DNA from: the human T2T-CHM13v2.0 reference genome, Homo sapiens | Strand: one strand, 5' to 3' | Assembly (NCBI RefSeq): GCF_009914755.1 | Contig: NC_060947.1 | Length of the DNA stretch: 64,000 nucleotides | In this document: positions 38,801 to 50,664 of the stretch, one piece after another | How the letters are laid out: each line of letters starts with the position of its first letter | How positions within the stretch are numbered: the first letter of the stretch is position 1 | Program-made: the position numbers and the translations under genes | Notes under the pieces: generated by a model | The model's database searches: none | What the model was told of the DNA's origin: nothing | The model's input: only the letters and a program-made list of their open reading frames with translations

Positions 38801-40726
38801 CATTGCCCACTCTATTGCCCTCCCACTTTCACTTGTCCCTGAGTAAAAGTCCCCTCGCTTGCTCTTTGAATTCTTATACAATTTTCATGCCCAAGAAAGA
38901 ATAAACCTCTTTCTGTTTTTTCTTCCTCATGTAATAAATATATTCTTCCTCTCTAACTTGTTGTTTTACAAATTATTAGGAAGGAAGCATTGAAAATATT
39001 TGCTTTACCACAAAGTAAACCAAACCCAACCAAAAGAAAACAAAACAGCAACAACAAAATATTTCCAACATAATCCCATACTCAGTACTCCAAAATTCAT
39101 TCATTTCAAATCTACATGAAAGTAGTCAAAACACACTAAGACATTTAATAAGAAAAGATTAGTCAAAGGGTGCAAATACTGAGTGGGCATAAACCCCATT
39201 TCCTGTATCTATTGAAAGGAAATTAACTTTTAAATTTATGACTGTTCAATTCCGAGAGAGAGAGAGAGAGATGAGCTTAAATCCAAGAGTTGTCTTCTTT
39301 TTCTCCTCTCAGCCCTTGATCAGAAGTCTAGCTGTTGACAATATGTTTTTCCATTCTGCGACACTGGCCATCAACAGTTTAACTTTTCTGTGACCAGCTG
39401 AATCTGATAGAAGATGAAAGAGAGTGTGTGAAGGAGATAGAGGTTACAAATCAGTCATAGTCAAGCAGAATAGGAACAGGATTATGCAAAATTCTGCAGA
39501 GAGAGAATAAAAAGGATTTGGAAACACACGTCTTGGCTATGTTACTTGCCATGGAGAGAGAAAGAAAGGCTCAAGGTTGAAATGTTTAAACCAGACTTCC
39601 CTAAGTCATTTTTTCTTTCAATAGGCTAAAAAAAACAAGTAAAGTTCTCATCTCATAAAACTGTTAGAACTTTCACAAATTCAGTAAGTATGCCTGAGCC
39701 ATCTGTGACCCAAGTATCTAATCTATAAGAAGTTTGCTATGGGCAAAATCTTCATACTTTTTTTTTTTTAATCTGACAGTCTTCTGACTGGTACTCATTT
39801 CTGCTTCAGCTGTATCCTGCAGCCAATTGTATGGAAGTGTAATGGGGCAGAGAGAAATCTCCTACCTGGAGAACAAAGAAAAAGACAGTTGTATCTCCTC
39901 ATGTTTGCCTTTAGGAAGGAAAGTATGAACTCAGAAGGTTACTTGAAGTGGGCAGTTAAGAACTAAACTCAACTGTATCATAGACTTGGTTGCTTGGGGT
40001 CTTTTAAAGACATAGGATGAAAGACTAAAGTAATACATTGACGGGTTTCTAAGTCCCTGGACTAACTATTCTCCTTGTCTTTGTGGAGTCAAAGGGTGCC
40101 TACCTGTACCTCTCAAACCCACTGTTGACCCTAGCTAGCTCTCATCTTTGACTTTTCTGAAATGGTATCCACAAGAACCAGACTATGTCTGTTATACCCC
40201 TCACTTGTTGTTTAATGTCTTTATGATATGGTAAATGTAGAATTAAATAGCATTTCCCTAAACACACATCCCCATTGCCCTTGCACTCATAAGAAATCCA
40301 TTCCCTAATCCTTCCCTATGTGCTCACTTACTCTTCCTCTCAAATGCTCCCTCTGCTGCCCCTAAATGAATCACAGAGGCCACTCGATAGCTAAGTCTCT
40401 AAAATATTTTTAAATAATTAAAATTGGATCCTTTGCTCAATGGGTCCTTTAAAATGGGTTATTGCCTCCAGAACCTACTTCCAATCAAACTGAGATGATT
40501 TCTAAGATATCCTGGTCCATGATCAAATCGAAAAGCAATGTGCAGCAGTAAATTTTTATCATTGCCTGGCACATAATTCTACTTAGAAGCTGTACTGTAG
40601 CCATGCTTGGAATGAGTATATCATGTGTGTCAGCTTTCTCCACATATCTTTCATGAGACAAAGTCTCCTGAAAACCATCTAAGGCCACATTGGCCTCAAA
40701 TCAGAATCTCAACATATTCCAGAATA

Positions 40727-40728
<2 letters not shown>

Positions 40729-40788
<60 letters not shown>
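40729..40788. repeat. Compound microsatellite (CA)n(CT)n
   Basis: Directly visible. Confidence 0.95.
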
Positions 40789-40791
<3 letters not shown>

Positions 40792-42256
40792 CCTTTTCAG
40801 AATTAAATATACAATTAAATTTGAGAACGATCTTTAATGATGTCACTGCTATTGGCTATGCATATCTGGAGTAGTGAGACCTTTTGTCCAGTGCAAACAT
40901 TAGAACTTATGAAGAAGGGGAGAAGACAACCTATGCAGTAGACACAGACTGTTCATGACAAGTAATGTTTGGAGATAAAATAGAAACTTCCTTTGTTTTG
41001 ATCACAACTGAAATTTTCACCAAGGATTGAAGTAGGGATGTAATCTGTGATGGTCTGAGATGAAGGAATACCAGAAAGCCTAATTTTCCATAATCAATAA
41101 TTTGGTTAAAGGGGGCTTTCCTGGTGGGAGCAATATGATTCTACCTAGTTCCCACAAAAGAATGCAAAACTTACAGCTTGCTTCCCAAGCACTGCTTCAG
41201 TTCCTCAGAAAATCTTCAACAGTTGGCTATCTTCTCTCTGTCCTTCAGTGTACGAAGTTAAGAATAAAAATCCAAAGGTAAATAAGAGGGGGGGGAAAAA
41301 GGCAATATAATATTTTATCATTACCCAAAGTTCTGAACTGTGGTTCTTCTTGCCCATGCATCATTGACATAATAACTAAAAAGTAAGTGATAGGTAATAC
41401 ATGCTAATAATACATTAATAAATACGAATTGAAACTGTGTAAGAGTATCATCTAGCTTAACCATGCTTAACTCTTAATAATTTGATGACTTAAAACATGA
41501 TTCAAGGTGAGTCTTAAAAAGAGGAAATTTTGGTGCTAAACAGAGGAAAATCAGTGGGAAGACAGAGAGAGGCATGTTAACCACACCTCATGCTGTAGTC
41601 TCACCTGCTCAGACCCCTTTTCAAAAAGTGATATAAATCCCTGAAGAACATGTACATAAACATTTTCCCACGGGCCCTCATTCTCTATACCTAATTCCTT
41701 AGAAGGCACTTATTAGGGTCCCCTGATGTGTGTCAGCACTAAAAGTTTGGCACCTTGACTCAAGGAAGGGCAGCTGTGAGGAGATTGCCATACTTCTTCC
41801 CCCGGGGCCACTACTGATGTTGTACCTGTTGCACATTACCTCACTCCAAGAGGTGCATATTATGTTTTTAGCCACATAGATGGCACTTGCTGAGATGAGG
41901 TACTGCATACAGCATGGCTAAAATATCAGTCCTACCCAAACCCCAACACCCTTCACCATGCCGTTTCAATCAATATCCCAAGACTGCCAATGTGTGAGGG
42001 ATCTGCAGGATATACTCAAACCACATGGAAAACAATCATCCCACTTCCCTCTATCTTTCACCATTTCCTGAGTGTGTACCTTCTACCTGCTGTGTATGTA
42101 ATGAGACAGATTTTAGGACTTAAAGAGAATAAACTTTCCTCAACTTCCTTCTTCCTTTGGTACTTACGGTATCTGCCTACATTATTCTATTAAGTTTAAA
42201 CTTAATATAGCTGACACATGAAAAATTAGTTTGCATTTCCCAGAAGTCAGTTATTA

Positions 42257-42941
42257 AGTAGAACAAACCTCTCAACTCATCCATCACATCTACATATTGC
42301 AGGCTAGAAAAAGCTCTACCGGAAGACAGCTGAACAGAATTCTCTGCTTATTCCCAACTTGAATATTCCGCATACTATTACATGGGCCTGACTTGGGCAT
42401 CCTCTGGCCATGTGCTTCATTTAAGAGAGCAAGAAAGTTTCTCTCTTCTATTCATTCCCATGTCCAGACTCCATCGGTCTAGCAGGTTGCTTTGACAACT
42501 TCAACATAGAATTTAGAATTAAAACATTGTCAAGTAAACGTTGTCTAGCCAATAAAATTATTCAAAAATTTCAAATCCTTCAGTTGAATTTCTCAATATT
42601 AATTAAAGGAATCAAAGTTGCATTATACCATAACATTTAAATATACTACCTTCTCTTTCTATTGAAAGAAGAACCCAAACATGCCAAACATGCAATTCTT
42701 GTAAATCCTGTATAACCCAACATTGCAAACATGGACATGGGAATGAATAGAAGAGAGAAACTTTCTTGCTCTCTTAAATGAAGTACATGGCCAGAGGATG
42801 CCCAAGTCAGGCCCATGTAATAGTATGAGGAAAATTCAAGTTGGGAATAAGCAGAGAATTCTGTTCAGCTGTCTTCCGGTAGAGCTTTTTCTAGCCTGCA
42901 ATATGTAGATGTGATGGGTGACTTGAGAGGTTTGTTCTACT
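42257..42941. repeat. Inverted duplication: 210-bp arms (42257-42466, 42732-42941) with 265-bp spacer
   Basis: Arms are reverse complements with about 5 mismatches by manual comparison. Confidence 0.95.
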
Positions 42942-43924
42942 ATATTAAGAACCCAAACCCCAACCCCTTTCACCATGCCATTTCAATCAATATCCCAACA
43001 CTGTCAATGTTGAGGGACGTGCAGGATATACAAGAACATGCCAAAGTTCTTCCTTCAACTACCACATCAATCACCCCAATTAAATCCAAATACCCAATAA
43101 TAAAACAAATGTCTCTATCTGTCAACCACCAACCCAAGTGCTATTTCTTCTTCTCTTCCCCTGTCTCCTCTTTCGATTAACTTCAAAGGAATCATGACCA
43201 CAGCATGGTATACATAAGAGGGTGCTGAACCTAAGGGCTCAGAGAAGCCCCCAAAACACAACTATTCTCCATTTCCATAATATGCAGGATCCAACCAGAG
43301 GAGAGAAACAACACAGTCATTTGAATAGGAAATATCTGATACAATGAATTATTAACTGAACATGGAGATTCAAGTAATAAGGATTGTCTAGCACAAAGTA
43401 ATGTTAAATTTTTTAAAAATACAGTAATACCAGATATATAATAGCAGACATAACATCATGTAAAATTATACATAGTAGCCATTAACCCTCAGGTAACATA
43501 GGATTCATCTCAGTGTTGGTGTCCATTCTCCATATTTCCAGAGTTGGAGATATCACTATGAACTTGTGTTTGGCTTAACATGGAAAGAGATAATCACATA
43601 TAGAAACTATCTTGCATGTATCACCAAATTGATTTTAAACTTCATAAGAAAAAGATCTATTGTAAACAACATATAGACACCTGTACGTACATGGGTTAGC
43701 ATACACACGTACATGGGTTAGCATACACATATATTTTTACTTAAAAAGATAATACAATGATTTTATGAATATGCTGTTAAATTTGACATCTTGCATAAAA
43801 TATACAAATTCTTTGAAATAAAAACCAAAGATCAGGAAAAAAAGATAATCTGAATAGTTCTTTTTTAATAAAGATATAGAGTCTTTGGGGAAAAAGGTAA
43901 CCTTCCAACAAAACAAACTTTTTG

Positions 43925-44266
43925 CCTATGATGGTCTTTTTGATGTATAAACTTGGCTAGGTTACAGTTTCCAGATATTCATATGCTAATCTAGGCATTG
44001 TTTTGAAAATATTGTAGATGTGACTAAAGTTTGTAAGAGTTGAATTTAGTAAGGGAGATTATCCTAAGTAATCTGGATGGACTAGATTCATCAATAGAAT
44101 TTTTTAAGAGCAGAGCCGATGATTGCATGAAGAAGAAGAAATTCTACCTATGGATATTAGCTTCAGCTTGGGTCCAAGGGTTACAGCATGCCCTTCCTGA
44201 TGACTTGGCCTATGAATTTCAGACTCGTCTAGTTATCTCCAACAACTGCATAAGTCAATTCTTTGC

Positions 44267-44311
<45 letters not shown>

Positions 44312-44360
44312 CTTATATTCCCTGAAACAATTCTATTAATATAATATATATGTCCTACAG
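43925..44360. mobile_element. MLT2-type ERVL LTR fragment with (CA)n, inside an old L1
   Basis: aacttggctagg ... gtaagggagattatcct ... MLT2-like motifs; boundaries approximate. Confidence 0.6.
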
Positions 44361-44379
44361 GACCCATATAGCTCCACTA

Positions 44380-45470
44380 GCATATTCTACCATACATTAA
44401 AGAAACAATATCAAATCTACTCAATCTCTTACAGACAATAAAGAGAAATAACATTTTCAACTCATTTTTGAAGCTGCTATTATCTTGTTTCTGAAACCAG
44501 ACAACTGACTCAAAAGAAAAGTGAACCACATATTGATATTTTCCATAAATATCAGCACACATCTTTTTAAAAACAATTTATAGCAAACCAATCAAGCAAT
44601 ATATAAAAGGGTAATGCATTATAGTCCAACGAGGTTTGTTCCAGGAATGTAGGGCAGGTATAACATCCAAATACTGATGCAATTTACCTCATTAAAAAAA
44701 TGACAAAAGCCAGATAATCATCTTGAATGATACCGAAAAGTATTTGAAAAAATCAGCCCCTATGAATAAATTCCTCAGTAAACTATAAGAGGTAACTTCT
44801 TCCTGATAAAGGAGAACAACAAAAAACAAAACTAACAACAAAACAATGCAAATATCCTACTTTGTGGAAGAAAAAAATGTTCTCTTCCTTAGTATTTGAG
44901 AGAAAATAAGGACATCTGCACTCATTGATTACATTTATTTTTTATGTATTTATTATTATTTTTTTGAAATGGAGTCTCACTCTGTCACCCAGGCTGGAGT
45001 CCAGTGTCACGATCTTGGCTCACTGCAACCTCCACCTCCCGGGTTCAAGAATTCTCCTGCCTCAACCTCCTGAGTAGCTGGGATTACAGGTGCATGCCAC
45101 CATGCCCAGCTAATTTTTTGTATTTTCAATAGAGATGGGTTTTCACCATGTTGGCCAGACTGGTTGATTACATTTAATATTATACTGTAGGTCTTAGCTA
45201 GAGTAATAATTCAAAATAAATAAATTTATTAATAAAGGTACATAAATGATTGAGGAGGAAGTAAAGCTGTATTTGGAGATGGCATGAATAGTCCACGTGG
45301 AAAACCTAGGGCATGTACCAAAAAGTTACTAGAACTAGCAAGTGACTTTATCATGTTTGCAGAATAGAAAGTACAGAAAAATCACTTGCATTCTTCCGTG
45401 CTGGCAACGAACAGTTGAAAATGTGAAAAATAAGGCCACTTACAATAGCACCCAAAAATGGGCAGTGTTT
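44380..45470 (+). mobile_element. Old L1M ORF2 fragments
   Basis: Degenerate L1 ORF2-like sequence (ttccaggaatg, gcaagtgactttatcatg). Confidence 0.6.
44937..45163 (-). mobile_element. 5'-truncated Alu
   Basis: Reverse Alu; TSD TTGATTACATTTA. Confidence 0.9.
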
Positions 45471-47520
45471 AGGCTACTTTAGCTATTATATTTTGGTTCA
45501 AATAGGGATATACTTTTGTTATACCTTTTCCTAGGAAATTAATCTTGAAGTTTTCCTGTCTTTACATTTGAGGAAAATATAAACTTATTGTTAACCTCAT
45601 GCCTTATAAACATTGCCTTACACATACTTTTTACTCTCTAAGCCTTTCATTAACCATTAGTCAGAAGAAGTATATTTTTGACCTTCAGTACAATTCAGTT
45701 AAATGAAAATTACTGACATTTATTAATATGTACAGACTTAGTGGGGTTCAAACCTAAGTGTGGTGTTTACCTGACTTTGAGCTCATACACTCAAGAAAAA
45801 GGGAAATTCAAATGCTTCTTTAACGACTTTTATGTAAAATTATAGGTAATTCTATCATCTCAAAGAAGGTTTATGAAATCATCTGTTTACCAGAGCTATA
45901 TTCATATGATTGTTTTACCTTTCTGAGCAAACTGAGTTAAGGTCCTTGAATCAATATTAATATACTATGGGAAAGTAATTAAAAACAAAATATCAGAACA
46001 GAGTATTCTGAAAATAATTATGTATAAAATAGGACACTTTTGCATGTTTCATCAAAGTCTTTGCCACCAAGATTTGAGTGGATGAGATGCTTTCTACTGA
46101 AATATTTAATAGTGTGCAGAATGTAAATCTCATGAGGGCAGTGACTTGATTTTCTTCACTGCTGTATTTATAGATCCTACCACAATGTCTGCCAAACAGT
46201 AAAAATCAAAGAAGCCAGTGAATGACAGCTTTCTTTGCATTTAACTCTGTTGACTTTCAATAAAGCTAGAGATTTCTAATTCAAATGAAAAAGGAAAGTA
46301 CTTGTCAAGAAGGAGGGAGTAACAGTAGCTCTTTAAATCATGACCACTTATATTATATTAATATGAAACAAAATAATACAGCATGGTAAAAGTTATGGAA
46401 TAACTTGTATTTTTATTGCAATAAAAAAGGAAAAGGACACTTCCTGAAAAAGAAAATTAATATACCTCATAATATACAGGGAATCATTATTTCAAGAAAT
46501 AATATATAGGATTCAATAAGATATACAGTGCCTAGTATAGTGTTGATACCTACTATGGGCTCAATAAATTATGGTCACTATGAAGACACAGGTAGCATAA
46601 AGAAAACAGAGAATCAGAATCAAAAGAAATACAGGATGAAGAAATTCTTCAACAACTAGCTTCTGGGAGACATTTTGGGCATTATTTACACCACCCTGAA
46701 ACCTCCTTCTCTGTACCACCTCCTAGTCTTATGGCTGGTATCTTAAGAAGTAAGTCCCCACCAACTTACCACTCATTAGTCTAACCATGCCTCAAAGCCA
46801 CATGTTCTAACACACAGGTCCAAGAACATTACATTGGTTATCTTTCCTCTTGCACATTTTTATTAGTATAATTATCTGTAATTCCTTTCCTTGTACCCAA
46901 CTGATGATTATCATCTCTCTCCTAACCCCTGTGCCCTCTGTTTCTTCTCTGTTAGCAGTAAAATTCTCTAGATCCTGTTCCATTTTACCAGTTGCTGCCT
47001 CTTATTCCCATAATAACTGATACCTGGCTTTCCTCCAAGGATTATCTTACCCCCGTATCTTTTGCAGTGGAAACTACTTTTTCTGCCATGTACTAAAGCT
47101 CTCATGATCAGAGACCATTCAGAATTCACCTAGGTCCCCAGCAACTGCATGTTATACATGCTCTTTTCTCTTTCCACTATTTCCACCCTTTAGCTCAATG
47201 CTTAGTAAGAAGCCATATGACAGTGCAAGGATTTAGAGGATGGACTCGTAAACTTGTACACATTCAGCTATTTACTAGCTGAAAGATTCTGGACAAATTC
47301 TATAACCCTCTTGTCCTGTTCCAACTTCCTCATTTTTCTCATCTGAAGTAAGATGCTCATGCCCTTATTATGAGTTGAACTAAGCAGCACATATATATAA
47401 ACTACAAAGGACAGTGCTTATCACCGAGTGAACGTTCAATAATTGTCACATGTTTTAATGACTCATTTCTGAAAACTTGTATGTTCGAATTTCCTATCTA
47501 ATAAATTGTAATTGATCTAA

Positions 47521-48400
47521 TGTTGTAGTTATTCTTAAAATTTTATGTTGCCTCACCGTTCTTTTTGAATGTAAGTTTAACTTTCCAATATCAGAAGCAA
47601 GGCTTAGTCCCCTTTGCCCCCGTTTCCGGTTCTCCATCTCCTCCCAGTTTCTCAATGTGGTCTCTCCAGGTATCTGCCTTATAAAACTGCATTCTGATGA
47701 CGAGCTCTCTTTGGGACATATAAATACAACCTACTTGACTCACCCCAGTGACCCCCTCATCCTGCATGGATGTTGCAGGTATGGTAGAGATATGCTCCAA
47801 TGACCACCTCTCAGTCACAGAGTGACCCCACAGAAGTCACACCTGCTTCCTCTAACCCCATCAATTAGAATTCCCTATGGGAAACCTGCTTGGGTAACTA
47901 ACATCCTGGACCCCAATCAAAGCCTGAGGCCACAGGACCATCCCTTTCTCTGGCTGCCCACCTGTGGGTTAAGCACATAGCCCCTGCAACCTTCACATCA
48001 GCCCTCATCGGTACCTCCTGTTTTGGATCTATGAGGAATGAAGTGCTCCTGTTATTTCCTGTGTTTTTGTTGTGTTGTCTTTTTTGTGACTTACCCAACT
48101 GACACACCTAGACCTAACTTTCCTCCCCGGCAAAGAGAGCGCCTATCTTGGCAGGATTAGCCTGGTCATGTGTCAGACAAGGGGCACGAGAGCATCTGCC
48201 AGTGTAAACAGGTTGCCTGCAAGAGGGAAACACGTTGGACACTTAAGCATTAGACAATACACCAGGATAAAGAATTATTCCATGGAAGTCACAGCGTAAG
48301 CATCTACGCCCAAATCCTCTGGAGTCCCGTCAGGGAAGGGCTAGAATTTATACTCCCTTTGCAGACAGAGGCCTTAAAACCAAATTAGAAAAAGACAACA
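47521..48400 (+). mobile_element. Solo ERVL LTR of the MER54/MER74 group
   Basis: tgttgta...acaaca termini; motifs acctacttgactc, tgaccacctctcagtcacag and gggaaacctgc match the recalled consensus. Confidence 0.65.
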
Positions 48401-48639
48401 CAAGTCATCCTCCAGTATATGTCTCTATTTCTCCCAGCCTTGATAGCCAAACTTCTTGAAAACATTGTCTATATTTGCTGTCTCCATTTTATTCAAAACT
48501 ACTGACTTCAATTAGATTTATTCCCACAGTTCCACTACAACTACTTACTCCAAAGTCCCCCAGTGATTTTAAACTGCTTCTCTGCAATGTTCAGTTCAAA
48601 ATATCTGATGATGTGTTCAAACTTAGAAGAAAAAAAAAG

Positions 48640-49145
48640 TATTTTTTATTTTTAAAATTCTTATTTCAATAGCTTTTGGGGTACAAGTAGATTGTTGTTA
48701 TAAGTGAATTCTATGGTGGGGAATTCTGAGATCTTAGCGCACCTGTCACCTGAGTAGTATACATTGTATATAATGTGTAGTTTTTTTATCCAGAGTCTCC
48801 CTCCCACCCTCCCCCCAAGTCTCTAAAGTCTAGTATATCATTCTCTATGCCTCTGCATACTCATAGCTTAACTCCCACTTACAAGTGAGAAAATGCAGCT
48901 TTTGGTTTTACACTCCTGTGCTACTTCACTTAAAATAATGGCCTTTAGCTCCATCCAAGTTACTGCAAAAATACATTATTTTGTTCCTTTTAAAGGATAA
49001 GTAGTATTCCACAGTATACACACACCACATTTTCTTTAGCCACTCATTACTTGATGGGCACTTAGGTTAGTTCCACATCTGAGCGATTGTGAATTGTGCT
49101 GCTATAAACACATGTGTGCAAGTATCTTTTTCATATAATGACTTC
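48640..49145 (-). mobile_element. L1PB/old-L1PA 3' fragment
   Basis: Reverse L1 3'UTR and ORF2 end. Confidence 0.8.
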
Positions 49146-49313
49146 AAAAAGGTACTTTTTTGATTAGTTATGTCTGTAAAGGACACAGAATGCATATTGT
49201 CTATATTTGTTAAACCTGTCCTACTTTTTATTGTCTCCAAGTATATACCTGTGTAAAATGTTTTGACTTCGTTACTTAATTTGTCTGCTACTACTATTTC
49301 AAATATTAATTCT

Positions 49314-49617
49314 GCTGGGTGTGGTAGCTCATACCTGTAATCCCAGGACTTTGGGAGGTCGAGGCAGGAGAATCACCTGGGCTCAGGAGTTCGAGGCCAG
49401 CCTGGACAACATGGTAAAATCCCATCTCTATACACACACATACACACACAAAAAAGCAAAAAATTAGGCAGGTGTGGCAACACATGCCTATAGTCCCAGC
49501 TACTTGGGAGGCTGAGGTGGGCGAATCACCTGAACCCAGGGAGGTTGAGGCTGCAGTGAGCCATGATTGTGCCACTGCACTCCAGCCTGGGTGACAGTGA
49601 GACCTTGTCTCAAAAAC
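49314..49617 (+). mobile_element. Alu (AluJ-like) with (CA)n in the linker
   Basis: Diverged dimer. Confidence 0.88.
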
Positions 49618-49867
49618 TATATATATATATATATGTATACACACACACACTATATATATATAGTATATATATATACACACTATATATATATAGTATATAT
49701 ATACACACTATATATATATAGTATATATATACACACTATATATATAGTATATATATATACACACTATATATATAGTATATATATACATACTATATATATA
49801 GTATATATATATATATATACACACTATATATATATATAGTATATATATATATACACAAACACACACA
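49618..49867. repeat. Complex (TA)n tandem repeat grown from the Alu tail
   Basis: Units of acac-tatata-g-tatata. Confidence 0.92.
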
Positions 49868-50310
49868 GAACAGAATTGGGGAAAGAGAGGTCTATTACCC
49901 ACTATTATGAGACCACAGCTCTTCACATACAAAAGAAACCTCCAATCATTTTTGGAGTTCTTAGCATGTTTTAAAATGTTTTATAAATCCTCTTTAGATA
50001 CCATATGCTGTCTTCCTTTTTTTTTAATTTTCTTGTTCCTTTCCCAGATCCCCATCATAATGTCTGCTGTGGGAGTTATTTCCAAAGAAAACTTTTAGTC
50101 TATCCCCCCCACCTCACGTTCTACTAAAACATATTCCCTACCCACTTTCCCAGCTGCAGTAAATGGCAACAACATTATTCAGTCATTCAGAGAAACTAGG
50201 AGTCATTCTTGAATCTTCTATTTGTGTCACCTTGACTGACAGACATATCCAATCCATAAGCAAGTTCTTTTATCTTTATTTCCAAATTAAAGCTCAATGT
50301 ATCCACTCCT

Positions 50311-50664
50311 CTCCATCTCCACCACTACCATTCTCATTCAAGGAGATGTTGTCTGTTACCTGAACTTCTCTCCATCTCCACCACTACCATTCTCATTCAA
50401 GGAGATGTTGTGTGTTACCTGAACTTCTCTCCATCTCCACCACTACCATTCTCATTCAAGGAGATATTGTGTGTTACCTGAACTTCTCTCCATCTCCACC
50501 ACTACCATTCTCATTCAAGGAGATGTTGTCTGTTACCTGAACTTCTCTCCATCTCCACCACTACCATTCTCATTCAAGGAGATGTTGTGTGTTACCTGAA
50601 CTTCTCTCCATCTCCACCACTACCATTCTCATTCAAGGAGATGTTGTCTGTTACCTGAACTTCT
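50311..50664. repeat. VNTR, 6 x 59 bp, within an L2 fragment
   Basis: Unit ctccatctccaccactaccattctcattcaaggagatgttgt(c/g)tgttacctgaacttct; flanks L2-like (catatccaatccat). Confidence 0.95.

Noticed and set aside
43687-43730. 22-bp tandem duplication gtacatgggttagcatacaca
   Set aside because: Ordinary slippage duplication with no functional signal.
49567-49932. Tyr/Ile-rich ORFs
   Set aside because: Translation of the (TA)n repeat.
50311-50664. Regular repeats superficially resembling a CRISPR array
   Set aside because: No unique spacers; plain head-to-tail VNTR in primate DNA.
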